55,342 nucleotides of DNA, from assembly GCA_027251445.1 (NCBI GenBank), contig JAPNQO010000025.1:1-55342 (forward strand), read 5' to 3'. Shown piece after piece: positions 19,401 through 28,002 of this stretch. Within the stretch, counting starts at the first letter, position 1; every line of letters starts with the position of its first letter. The translations under genes were made by a program, and so were the position numbers. The DNA is from Fidelibacterota bacterium. GTDB lineage: Bacteria; Fidelibacterota; Marinisomatia; Marinisomatales; TCS55. Below the pieces are notes generated by a model, which was not told the DNA's origin, made no database searches, and saw only the letters and a program-made list of their open reading frames with translations.

Positions 19401-22400
19401 ATTTCATTCCATTCTTGATTTCCTGTACTATCTGCCATTTCAAAATGACTTAAAGGTATTCTAAATAGTTTCCATCCTGTAGGTTGACCATTTTTTACTG
19501 TTTCACCAGAGAAATATGTAGTATCATCCAATGTAAATGTCTTTGTAAAGTAATCATTAGTTTTATCTAAAAACCCTGTTCTATCAAGATCTTCTGTATC
19601 AGGATATCTTCCTGCGTCTAAAGCATTCCCTTCAGTGCCATTTATACTTTTATAATCATTACTACCTTCATTATAATTCCAATTATCCCCATTGGGATCA
19701 TTTGGATCAATATCATTACCTACATTGATTAATTCTATTTCTCCTGAAGATAAAAATTCATTGTAAGTCCCTCCAAATTCTAAACAACCACCCCAACCGT
19801 CTTCCGTTTCATCAGAACATCCATCTAACCCAATATCCTCCGAATCATCCAATAGTCCGTCTCCAATCATTCCCGCTACTGGAATATCTTCTGTATTCAA
19901 ACTTCCATCACCATTCCAATCTTCACTAATTTTTCCTAAGTCTATACTAAGTTTTGATTTTGCTTCATTTTTATTACGAATCCAAATCTCGAAGAACTTT
20001 GTTTGTGTTTGATCATAATCTCCAGAATATAAAGTGGTAATAATTCCAGACCATATTGAGTCCTGCGGCAGATTCGATTGATGATTATATGGCTTATAGT
20101 TCATTACAAGTATATCAGTAGTTTCATTTTGAGCACGAATCGATGTTTCTTGATTAGGCCAAATATCCTTAGTCCTCCATTGTACATATGGATTATACCA
20201 AAACATATTTGCACGATTTCGATGACTGAGAGTACCATTTAATGCACGAAGAAGTGGTGGGGATGAACTTTTCCAAAATCTTCGTTGCACAGGAAATGAA
20301 GTTGTTCGTTTAGCTCCTTCAAAATCATCAATAAATGCAACTCCGCTAGGATCTCCTGTTCCTGAATTGTTTATGGAATTTGGATTTGGCATTACCTGCG
20401 CAATCTCTCCTTCAATAGAAAATGATGATGTTTTTTCCGTATTTATAATTGGTAATTTATCTAAAAATCTGGTCAGGCCTTCAATTGGCTGATCATATCT
20501 ACCATTTACTCCCCAGATAAAATTTCTCGTGGGTTCATATCCAACTTCTATTTTTTCATTCATTACTGATTGATTAAAATATAGGGCAGTTGCCCCAATA
20601 AATGATCGCTCCCCAAAATCCATCTGAGCACGGGTTCCAAATATTGTTTTTTTGTCAAAAGATACTACTTCATGTTTATCAAATAATATTTTTAAAGCAG
20701 CATTTGGATTTAATTCCTCGTTCATTATTAATGTCCCAGAAAAATAATCTATCTGATAATCAATACCACGTTTTAATTCTAATCCATCTACAAAGACCTG
20801 TTCACTCCCCTCCACAATCATAAACCCTAGATTAATATTTGAACTTTGGTTTGTGTATTCTACTTGAATCTCAAAACGACTATCATTATTTATTTCAGTT
20901 TGAGTTGTCGTGGTATACATTTTTCCTTCGCCAAGCACGCTTTGTAGCTCCACATTATTATTTCCGCCTAGCAGGGAATCATTTGCAAATGGATAATATG
21001 TTGGAAACATAAGTTCGCCACTTCCCATATTAACGATACTGCTATTCTCCATATCAATTAACTCATCAGATTGACGAACTCCCGTTTCATTTAAACTATC
21101 TAATCCAAACTGAGTGATATATGGTGTGCCACCAAGATCATATTCAGATGGTGGGTTTTGACGTTGATTAACTATCCTCACCAAGAAGCCTTCTTTATTA
21201 ATATTTGATGCCCCCATATAATATACATTTTTAAACATTAAATCCCATGTGGAGTGGCTTGGTGTTAAAGAAATTGGTTTTATCATTTTTAATATTAAAC
21301 TCGATGTTGAGTCTGCAGGGTTAATACCGCTTCCAACAGTTAACAATGTGTCCCCTGTTAATCTACTAGCTAATACAAATGTACATCCAAAAGCTTCATT
21401 TGATGATCGGTTGCGTAATCGAATAAATCCTAGATCATTACTAATAGAATAATCTTGCCCCGGTTCTAATCTCTTGAAATTTCCTTCCTGACTTTCTGTA
21501 TTATCTATATTATTTAAATCAGCATATGCTATTCCTGGATCTGTGCTAGCATCATTTGCAGATTCAAGCTTATATAAATCAAAATCTCTAACAATAATAT
21601 TTCCTACTAAATGTGCCCCTTCAATTAAAGGGTAAAATGATGGAATATTAATGTATGCATCACTTAGTGTGGTATCTATACCATTACGAAACCATTTATG
21701 AATGAAAAAATATTGGTTTTTTATGTAATCGTTATCTTTAATTTTTATAACAGCAGACTCATTGCTCCCTTTATACTCTTGCTGTTCTTTTTTAGTTTTT
21801 TCTATAGATGCAATCGTTGTGATATCTACTGGGCCGAGCTTTGATATTGCTTTTAATCCAAAGAGGCCATTGTTCTGTCCAGAAAATGTGACATATTGGG
21901 TTGCTGGTAATGACAAAGAAATATTACCAGCTTCAACCTTTTGAACAATATCATCTTCTTCGCCTTCATAAGAAATACGAATGTTATTTTCCCAATCAAA
22001 ATCTCTCTCAGAGTCTCTATCCATTTTTACTGTTATTCTATCACCAATTTTCCCTTCAATATTTACTGCTTGCTTCTGGTCAAACTCTAAATGGGTATTT
22101 TGAGTCTCACGCAAGCTTGATCGGACTAACTCTTGATCCTGCTGTACTAATTTCCCATTAATATTAATATTACCATTAACTCGAAGTGATACTCTCCCGA
22201 ATTCTCCCATATCCATTCCAACCATTTCTAAGTATCTACCACCTCGGCGTTCAGTATAACGTTGATCTCCTTGGTCTGGTTTATTAAATGACTCAACAAA
22301 ATTCAAGACCCTATTTACTTGAATCATATGATTAAAATACCATTCAACAGAACAAGTAAAAGGAACCCGCAATATTTCATCATCAATGTACTCGGTAAAC

Positions 22401-22666
22401 GATATAAATTTCCAACTACTATCTATTGTTATATCAATAATCCTTTCTCCATAACTAACATTTAATATATTCATTGGAGGTCCTAATGAATCTTTCATTA
22501 CACTAAGTGGTGATGGGATCATTGGAAATGCTGAGGCTATATAATTTGATTGAATATGATAAGTAACGGGTAAGGTCGGGACGGTATCCTCCTGTTGACC
22601 GTATGCATACTGACTAGCAACTACGGCCATAATAAACGTAAAGATGACGTAAAACCCTTTTCTCAA
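16466..22666 (-). CDS. sprA: T9SS translocon SprA/Sov-family outer-membrane protein
   Basis: 2066 aa; signal peptide; motifs GKIGDR, YEGEEDDIVQKVEAGNISL, WDLMFKNVY, GIDYQIDY, AFIDDFEG, WKLFRIPL and EVWIDELRL typical of SprA; TTG start with AGGAG SD. Confidence 0.92.
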   Translation of the reverse strand: MRKGFYVIFTFIMAVVASQYAYGQQEDTVPTLPVTYHIQSNYIASAFPMIPSPLSVMKDSLGPPMNILNVSYGERIIDITIDSSWKFISFTEYIDDEILRVPFTCSVEWYFNHMIQVNRVLNFVESFNKPDQGDQRYTERRGGRYLEMVGMDMGEFGRVSLRVNGNININGKLVQQDQELVRSSLRETQNTHLEFDQKQAVNIEGKIGDRITVKMDRDSERDFDWENNIRISYEGEEDDIVQKVEAGNISLSLPATQYVTFSGQNNGLFGLKAISKLGPVDITTIASIEKTKKEQQEYKGSNESAVIKIKDNDYIKNQYFFIHKWFRNGIDTTLSDAYINIPSFYPLIEGAHLVGNIIVRDFDLYKLESANDASTDPGIAYADLNNIDNTESQEGNFKRLEPGQDYSISNDLGFIRLRNRSSNEAFGCTFVLASRLTGDTLLTVGSGINPADSTSSLILKMIKPISLTPSHSTWDLMFKNVYYMGASNINKEGFLVRIVNQRQNPPSEYDLGGTPYITQFGLDSLNETGVRQSDELIDMENSSIVNMGSGELMFPTYYPFANDSLLGGNNNVELQSVLGEGKMYTTTTQTEINNDSRFEIQVEYTNQSSNINLGFMIVEGSEQVFVDGLELKRGIDYQIDYFSGTLIMNEELNPNAALKILFDKHEVVSFDKKTIFGTRAQMDFGERSFIGATALYFNQSVMNEKIEVGYEPTRNFIWGVNGRYDQPIEGLTRFLDKLPIINTEKTSSFSIEGEIAQVMPNPNSINNSGTGDPSGVAFIDDFEGAKRTTSFPVQRRFWKSSSPPLLRALNGTLSHRNRANMFWYNPYVQWRTKDIWPNQETSIRAQNETTDILVMNYKPYNHQSNLPQDSIWSGIITTLYSGDYDQTQTKFFEIWIRNKNEAKSKLSIDLGKISEDWNGDGSLNTEDIPVAGMIGDGLLDDSEDIGLDGCSDETEDGWGGCLEFGGTYNEFLSSGEIELINVGNDIDPNDPNGDNWNYNEGSNDYKSINGTEGNALDAGRYPDTEDLDRTGFLDKTNDYFTKTFTLDDTTYFSGETVKNGQPTGWKLFRIPLSHFEMADSTGNQEWNEIKFCRIRLSDTTQTWIQVAKIELVGNEWQELGIAPDSSEIYSKSNSDSVFAISVINTEDNANYQPPKGVKGEYDRINEIRSKEQSLVLKFDDLAPKQKGAALKTLINLSGDRAKSYLTYDKMKMYVYGNSPWIETTETKVKFFMRFGLGEDYYELIQPVYQGWDESENRNTINLDLNWLTQLKLKDSTNVQKMNDFDTISDSSGIKYYTFYNDEGLPTGKQIRIKGKPALSRIKFFMVGIKNISDEWINGEVWIDELRLSGVKKDRGVAMRMTSRLSVADIANTSFTYSRKDADFHVLQQRLGTNQTGENFSFNTNFQLHKLLPKSWGISIPLNLSMTNASNTPKYFPGSDILVNQGNAPDSILTKSTGLNFSTSLSKSSKSDNKIIQYTLDKIKPSFSASKSFSSNELNKEVLNEKYSGKVSYSLPFGRDNYVNPFKWFKPVPLIGEKLSEIQFYYTPSNFNTSLNFNESLSQRIKRVGGKSPDTYNFGLNRNFSMDYMLTNGIKTKYTRAVKSDMQDYRGYALLAIKDLDPGVVENITENLSTSFNPTIFSWLKPNMNYSSAYSWNQDRESTIGGANIGTQLRFSSSIALSLANMFEVIYKPPSKVSSVPKGRSRRRRPKQDEEKVEEKVQKDIPILTFAHGFLKKINPINFSYSENLTRTGRGVIGDVPLGYRFGWEPDHGLEYSEKIGSDIGAWNHKRDFSLRSGFNLTRSISTSFNYSQNVSTSRSGSGTEQRNMSRDYFAYGEKLENGLPLPGWSIRWSGLEKLPIIKKFLRSLSLEHGFSGKEVRAWQFENFEGPNMPLIDLESFILDYEEDERSSRINTNFSPLIGLTASLQKGISMNFRHNLSKSLDRVPTGITVHRDKSYTSSANYSHRGGITIPLPFMEDYKIQNTVNFQFNFDMNESETLGSKNGGLEFGQTAFNSGWKAGIRITYTFSAKVSGSMIYGYHENESMTTGKKIDRDFGFDVNIAITG

Positions 22667-22772
22667 AGGGATTCTCCTATGTTGTTATTTTGTCGGTTGG
22701 CCCCCTCAGGGAACCATCAATCCGATAGCGGTAGGTCTATAGAGAATTCTCCTGTTTTTTGTATTAATTACC

Positions 22773-23363
22773 CTATATTAGCACATTTATAAGGATTTTA
22801 CGAAGTTTTTGTAATGCGATCCCACGATGACTGATTTTATTCTTTTCTATTGATGAAAGTTCCGCAAAAGTTTTTCCTAAATGAGGAACGAAGAATATGG
22901 GGTCATAGCCAAAACCTCCAGCGCCTTTAATAGATTCTGAAATAACACCATCAATATGGCCTTCAGTCGACAATTCTTGATTTTCATCTACGAATGTTAT
23001 CACAGTACGAAATCTAGCAGTTCTTTTTTCAGAAGGGATACCGTTTAATTCAATTAACAATTTATTTACATTATCTTTATAAGATACATTATTTCCTGCA
23101 TACCTAGCAGAATACACTCCAGGAGCACCATTAAGAAAATCTACTTCTAAGCCCGTATCATCAGCAATTGTAGGTATCCCTGTTTTTCTAAATACCAATC
23201 TGGATTTTAAAAGGCTATTTTCAAGTAATGTAGTACCGGTTTCTTCAATATCTCCAATTTCAGGAAAATCAAATAGAGAAATAACTTCTATATTCATTCC
23301 TTTTAAAGAAATCTGTAATTCTTTTTCTTTGTCTCTATTATGGGTTGCAAGGATTATCTTCAT
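22773..23363 (-). CDS. rdgB: RdgB/HAM1 non-canonical purine NTP pyrophosphatase
   Basis: ILATHN, ADDTGL, GAPGVYSARY, GFGYDPIF and KNKISHRG motifs. Confidence 0.95.
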   Translation of the reverse strand: MKIILATHNRDKEKELQISLKGMNIEVISLFDFPEIGDIEETGTTLLENSLLKSRLVFRKTGIPTIADDTGLEVDFLNGAPGVYSARYAGNNVSYKDNVNKLLIELNGIPSEKRTARFRTVITFVDENQELSTEGHIDGVISESIKGAGGFGYDPIFFVPHLGKTFAELSSIEKNKISHRGIALQKLRKILINVLI

Positions 23364-23440
23364 AGTAGCATATATACAAGATTAACAATTATATATAATA
23401 AGAAATAAACTAAAAGATTTAAAACAAATAGGTTAATCAT

Positions 23441-23469
23441 TTGCAAAAGGGATATCATCAAACTAATTT
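23441..23469 (+). promoter_or_regulatory. Putative sigma70 promoter of tRNA-Phe
   Basis: TTGCAA-17 nt-TAATTT, ending 16 nt before the tRNA. Confidence 0.45.
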
Positions 23470-23485
23470 TCACGGCATTTTTGGG

Positions 23486-23558
<73 letters not shown>

Positions 23559-23562
23559 CAAT

Positions 23563-23587
23563 AAAAAAGCCCCTATGGGGCTTTTTT
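23563..23587. terminator. Bidirectional intrinsic terminator between convergent tRNA-Phe and TonB-dependent receptor
   Basis: AAAAAAGCCCC-TAT-GGGGCTTTTTT. Confidence 0.9.
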
Positions 23588-23604
23588 ATTTATTAAAGTA
23601 ATTA

Positions 23605-26124
23605 TTAATAGCTCATATCCATTCCGCCACCGCCAAAGCCTTCTCTATCTCTATTTCCCCGTCGTTTTTGCTGCATTTTTCCAAAACTATAGCTTAATGA
23701 TAAAGAAATAGACCTTTTATCTCTTCGTCTATCAGCATCCATGATTCTTGTATAGGTTTCTAAACTTACAAGATCATATAATTCCTCTTCTGTTTCAATA
23801 GAAAAATTACTGTTATCTAGTAAATCACGCACTTTTAATGTCATAGTGAGTTTGTTATCGATAAATTTTCTCTGAAAAGATAAATTTAGTGTAAGTGAGG
23901 GATTAATCTTCCCAGTAGTTATCTTCATAGGACCCCTATATCTTCCCGATATATCTAATCTGCCTATCATAGGGATAGTCAACATAGAACTTCCCCAAGC
24001 AAAATACCCTTTTGAACTTCCATTAAGGTCAGACTCTCCAGAATCATATGTCCTTGAATTCCATGTGTTTAGACTCATCATGAACATTATGAGTGGCATA
24101 GGCCTATAATTAACAAAAAATTCTATTCCATTTCGTTCTGATTTTCCTGCATTATCAGAACCCATTACTTCATAAGTGGTATCTTGATAAACAATATAGT
24201 CCCTATCCCACCAACTTATATTATCAGTTAAGTTAGAATAATAAACTCCTGTATTTAACGTAAGCTTACGAGAATTGCTTGAAAAGTTTAAATCAACAAC
24301 ATCACTGTATTCGGGTTTCAAATATGGATTTCCTCTACGAATAAATGAAGTATTATTAGTGCTTTGTGGAAAAGGCGATAATGTTCTTCTTCGAGGACGA
24401 TTAACACGTTTACTGAAACCAAACTGAACACGTTGTGTAGGGTTCAAATTATATAACATATTTACACTTGGATAAATTTGGAAATAATCATTTTTAAAAG
24501 GAGACTGATCTAATGCTTGTTCCATAATAAATAAGAATATATTAGTTGTGTCTTGATGATCTTGGTCTGGATGTTGATCTTGTGAGTTTAGAATAGCTTT
24601 AGTATAAGCCTGCTCTGCACGTGCTCCAAGCTGAACACCTAGCTTATCAGTAAAGTTATATAATAATGTGGTGTATAATGCATGCACGTCTTCTTTATAA
24701 TCTGAATCGAATATTGATTCTAAATAATACTGATCTGTCTTGAATTGTTTTATTGTACTTTTAAATCCTGCTTCAAACTTTGATGACTGACCGAAAGGAT
24801 GCGTATAATCTGTTTTAACAATTATATTATTATTTTTTTCTTTACGATACGGATCATCCGTATCAGTATTTGATGCTGATAAGTTTGAAAAGGCATTTTC
24901 ATATCCTTCATCTTCATTAATAGTATTGCTAGCTTCAAAAACAAGTTTCCTGTCTTTTTGAGCAAAATCTTTGTAATAACCAAATTCAAAATCTAAATCA
25001 TTACCTGTATCAAGTTTGTCAGATTCAAAAATATAATCTGGATTAAAATAGTATACCTTTTCTTCGTTTTCTTTATCATATTTTTTATAAGTCATTGCTA
25101 AGGTAAACATAGTGTTTTTGTTATAGTAATAGTCTGTTCCTAATTTGATATTATTTGAAATAGGCTCCCTGAATCCCTCAGTACGTTGCCTTTGCTCTTT
25201 AGTAACTGTTGGATAAATATATTGAAATAATCTATTACCACCACCAGAACTATTCCATAATCGATAACTACCATTTGTAAAAATATTGAATTTATCCCTA
25301 CGATAATTAAACATTCCTGAAAGGTTATAACGACTATATTCACCCGCAGTAATCGTTGCAGATCCATTCATCCCTTCAAATCTTCCTCTTTTTAAAATAA
25401 TATTTATAATACCAGCCATTCCATCTGGATCATATTTTGCTGAAGGATTAGTTATAACTTCAATTCGATCTATCATATCAGCAGGAAGATCCTCAACCAT
25501 AGATCTTCTATCACCACGCATAGGTCTACCATCTAAAAGAATGGTAACATTCCCATCTCCTCTTAGCGTAACATTCCCATCAATATCAACATCAACAGAT
25601 GGTATCTTTTTTAATGCATCTGATCCTGTACCGCCAACTAAAGTCATATCTTTCTTAGCATCAAAAATTCTTTTGTCAACCGTATAAATCATATTAGGTA
25701 TTTCACCATAAACATCCACTTCTTGCATTTGTACAGCGGATAATTCCATGGCAATTGTTCCTAAATTCTGCTCAACTCCTCCTCCATCACCTGGGAAAAG
25801 CTTTATTGAACCTATGGTGATTTTCTCATAACCAATAAATTCAACAACTACATTATACATCCCCATAGGAATTTCTTTGATATAAAACGATCCAGTTTCA
25901 TCTGATATTCCACCAGTAACAACTTCATTTCCCCGCATACTTACAACGGAAATTGAAGCATATGGAATAGGGTTGGTTGTAGCAGAATCAACTACAATCC
26001 CCTGCAACACTCCAATCTTTGGCATATTTGCTGGATTAAAACCTCCTCTACCGCCACGCTGAGAAAGAAGCATAGTGGAAAATATCAAAATTATGTATAT
26101 AACTGATTTAAGTGTGACGTTCAT
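23605..26124 (-). CDS. TonB-dependent receptor / outer-membrane beta-barrel family protein with carboxypeptidase-regulatory-like N-domain
   Basis: Signal peptide; GIVVD...PIPYASI...FIGYE N-domain; plug motif LKKIPSVDVD..GNVTLRG...IDRIEVITNPSAKYDPDG..GIINIILK; barrel motifs GARAE, RVNRP, GNPYLKPE. Confidence 0.88.
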   Translation of the reverse strand: MNVTLKSVIYIILIFSTMLLSQRGGRGGFNPANMPKIGVLQGIVVDSATTNPIPYASISVVSMRGNEVVTGGISDETGSFYIKEIPMGMYNVVVEFIGYEKITIGSIKLFPGDGGGVEQNLGTIAMELSAVQMQEVDVYGEIPNMIYTVDKRIFDAKKDMTLVGGTGSDALKKIPSVDVDIDGNVTLRGDGNVTILLDGRPMRGDRRSMVEDLPADMIDRIEVITNPSAKYDPDGMAGIINIILKRGRFEGMNGSATITAGEYSRYNLSGMFNYRRDKFNIFTNGSYRLWNSSGGGNRLFQYIYPTVTKEQRQRTEGFREPISNNIKLGTDYYYNKNTMFTLAMTYKKYDKENEEKVYYFNPDYIFESDKLDTGNDLDFEFGYYKDFAQKDRKLVFEASNTINEDEGYENAFSNLSASNTDTDDPYRKEKNNNIIVKTDYTHPFGQSSKFEAGFKSTIKQFKTDQYYLESIFDSDYKEDVHALYTTLLYNFTDKLGVQLGARAEQAYTKAILNSQDQHPDQDHQDTTNIFLFIMEQALDQSPFKNDYFQIYPSVNMLYNLNPTQRVQFGFSKRVNRPRRRTLSPFPQSTNNTSFIRRGNPYLKPEYSDVVDLNFSSNSRKLTLNTGVYYSNLTDNISWWDRDYIVYQDTTYEVMGSDNAGKSERNGIEFFVNYRPMPLIMFMMSLNTWNSRTYDSGESDLNGSSKGYFAWGSSMLTIPMIGRLDISGRYRGPMKITTGKINPSLTLNLSFQRKFIDNKLTMTLKVRDLLDNSNFSIETEEELYDLVSLETYTRIMDADRRRDKRSISLSLSYSFGKMQQKRRGNRDREGFGGGGMDMSY

Positions 26125-26221
26125 TTTTTCCTTTCAATTATTCAATATATTAGACTTCAACAAATAAGGTTTGGTTAAACTTGATCGGAATATCTAAAAT
26201 ATTATTGATAATAAAAATATA

Positions 26222-27808
26222 TCAATGAAGAAATTGTTTCATCAAATTCTTCTTTAAAATAGCAGATGAAGTAATTACTCCTGACATCATCGCCGCTGAT
26301 ACTCCAGCAGTAACAATATCTTGGCCAGTTAAATACAAATTTTTTATATGAGTCTGAGGTTTTAACCATTTCTGTTGAAAACGCCTTGGCGTATGGTTGA
26401 TCCCGTATAATTCACCCTCTTTATAATTTGCAAGGTCTCTACTAGTAAGAGGTGTAGACAATTCATAGTAATCTACATGGCCCTTAGTATTTGGAGAATG
26501 CTTATAAAGAGATTCTAGTAAGCTTTGTGAAATATTTTCTTTATGTGACTCATATTCGTTACCACGTTTTTTCCATTGTTTATCTGCCCACTTCTTATGC
26601 TTTGAAAATTCAGCAACAGTAATTACTTCAATAGTTGCAGAATTAGGATGATTTTTATCCCAGGATGGATCTTTAGCTGAAGGGAATGAAATAAACACAA
26701 CAGGATATGGCTGTCTATTATCGGATAAATAATTTTCTAGATTTTCATCATGATCATATCCAGGATATACCCATAAATTTGCATTTTGTAAATCTATATC
26801 TTGAGCTGACTTATTTAATCCAATATGTAAACAATAGTAACCAGATGATGCTTCTACTTCATTTAGTAGAATTGATTTATCTGATTTTCTTTTTTCATTT
26901 TTTACCAATACTTCAAATGTATTTTTTACTCCTGCGCTGCTGACAACCATCTTGGACATGATTTCATCCCCATTATCTAAAAGAACTCCTATCGCAGATC
27001 CGTTCTTTACAATTATTTCCTGGACTCCACAACTTAAAATAACCTTTCCCCCTTTAGACTGAATACCAGGAATGATTGTTTCAGCAATCATTCGTGAGCC
27101 ACCTATTGGATAGTTTCCTCCTTCAAAATAATGACGTGCAATCATAGCCTGAATGGCAAAGCTACTTTGCCCCGGAGGCAATCCATAGTCCCCCCACTGA
27201 CCAGTCAAAACACCTATTAAATCAGGACTACAGCCAATTTCTAATAGGACTTCTTTTGTAGATCTTTTTGCATAGTGCAAGAATGATTTACTCATAAATG
27301 GATAAGTAATAGACCCAATAATACCTGGAAGTGCCTTATTTGAATAATAAGAAAGGCTGGATTTAAATACTTGATCAACTAATTTAATGTAATCTTTTAT
27401 TGCTTTTTCTTCTTTAGGGAAATACGATATCATTCGCTCTATAAATGATTGTTTACCTGTTATAAAGTCATATGTTTTATCTGGAAAAACTATTTGATCA
27501 TAAATATCATCCATTCTAGACCAATGTAGATTATTGTTCGAAAGGTAATCAAATAACCGCCTCAAAAAAGAGTTAGGATTATGAAGATTGCCTCCAATAT
27601 AATGTATACCTACATCCCATTCATAGTTATTGCGTTTAAAGGTGTGAGTGTATCCTCCAAACTTGAAATGTTTTTCCAATACGAGTACTTTTTTACCAGC
27701 ATCAGCCAATAATCTAGCAGAAGTAAGCCCACCAATACCTGAACCAATAATTATTGCATCCCATTTCTCATTGGTTATCCCGGATTTATATCGATTGCCC
27801 AAAGTCAT
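26222..27808 (-). CDS. FAD-dependent oxidoreductase, phytoene desaturase / retinol saturase family
   Basis: DAIIIGSGIGGL Rossmann motif, GGYTHTF, DVGIHYIG, YPIGGS, STPLT and NLYLTGQD. Confidence 0.88.
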   Translation of the reverse strand: MTLGNRYKSGITNEKWDAIIIGSGIGGLTSARLLADAGKKVLVLEKHFKFGGYTHTFKRNNYEWDVGIHYIGGNLHNPNSFLRRLFDYLSNNNLHWSRMDDIYDQIVFPDKTYDFITGKQSFIERMISYFPKEEKAIKDYIKLVDQVFKSSLSYYSNKALPGIIGSITYPFMSKSFLHYAKRSTKEVLLEIGCSPDLIGVLTGQWGDYGLPPGQSSFAIQAMIARHYFEGGNYPIGGSRMIAETIIPGIQSKGGKVILSCGVQEIIVKNGSAIGVLLDNGDEIMSKMVVSSAGVKNTFEVLVKNEKRKSDKSILLNEVEASSGYYCLHIGLNKSAQDIDLQNANLWVYPGYDHDENLENYLSDNRQPYPVVFISFPSAKDPSWDKNHPNSATIEVITVAEFSKHKKWADKQWKKRGNEYESHKENISQSLLESLYKHSPNTKGHVDYYELSTPLTSRDLANYKEGELYGINHTPRRFQQKWLKPQTHIKNLYLTGQDIVTAGVSAAMMSGVITSSAILKKNLMKQFLH

Positions 27809-27875
27809 AGGAAAAATTTACAATCATAACTATGAAAAATACCAAATGCAAATTGAGATGAATAATTAGTTGAAT

Positions 27876-27947
27876 GGGTCATAGCCCTGCAAGCTTATCC
27901 TCTTGTTTCTTGCAAGAAAGGGGTTTCTTTTTGCAGGGCTATTCCCT
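27876..27947 (-). ncRNA. Candidate structured RNA (long hairpin): sRNA or 5' leader
   Basis: Perfect 12-bp inverted repeat ATAGCCCTGCAA (27881-92)/TTGCAGGGCTAT (27931-42), internal 14-bp palindrome TTTCTTGCAAGAAA (27906-19), flanking GGG/CCC pairs; predicted promoter immediately upstream on the minus strand. Confidence 0.5.
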
Positions 27948-27952
27948 ACTAA

Positions 27953-27999
27953 AAAGTAACACAAATAGTATACACCGCACAGTGATAGAGCTCACAAAA
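27953..27999 (-). promoter_or_regulatory. CRP/FNR-family box plus extended -10 (class II-like promoter)
   Basis: Minus-strand TGTGA-GCTCTA-TCACT (27996-27981), centred ~30 bp upstream of TG-T-TACTTT (27961-27953), i.e. about -42. Confidence 0.5.
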
Positions 28000-28002
28000 A
28001 TA

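Noticed and set aside
778..22792. Numerous 60-108 aa ORFs antisense to, or out of frame within, the minus-strand operon (e.g. 3385..3630, 8449..8775, 13121..13321, 15198..15482, 22595..22792)
   Set aside because: They lie over well-supported genes and have no recognisable motifs; expected shadow ORFs.
26222..27808. Carotenoid biosynthesis cluster (crtI)
   Set aside because: No crtB/crtE/crtY/blh or rhodopsin nearby, and the motifs fit the broader retinol-saturase-like subfamily, so no gene symbol was assigned.
27876..27947. Hairpin as SRP RNA, 6S RNA or a simple terminator
   Set aside because: No SRP CAGG...GGAA...AGCAG motif, too short for 6S, and no U tract after the stem on the minus strand.
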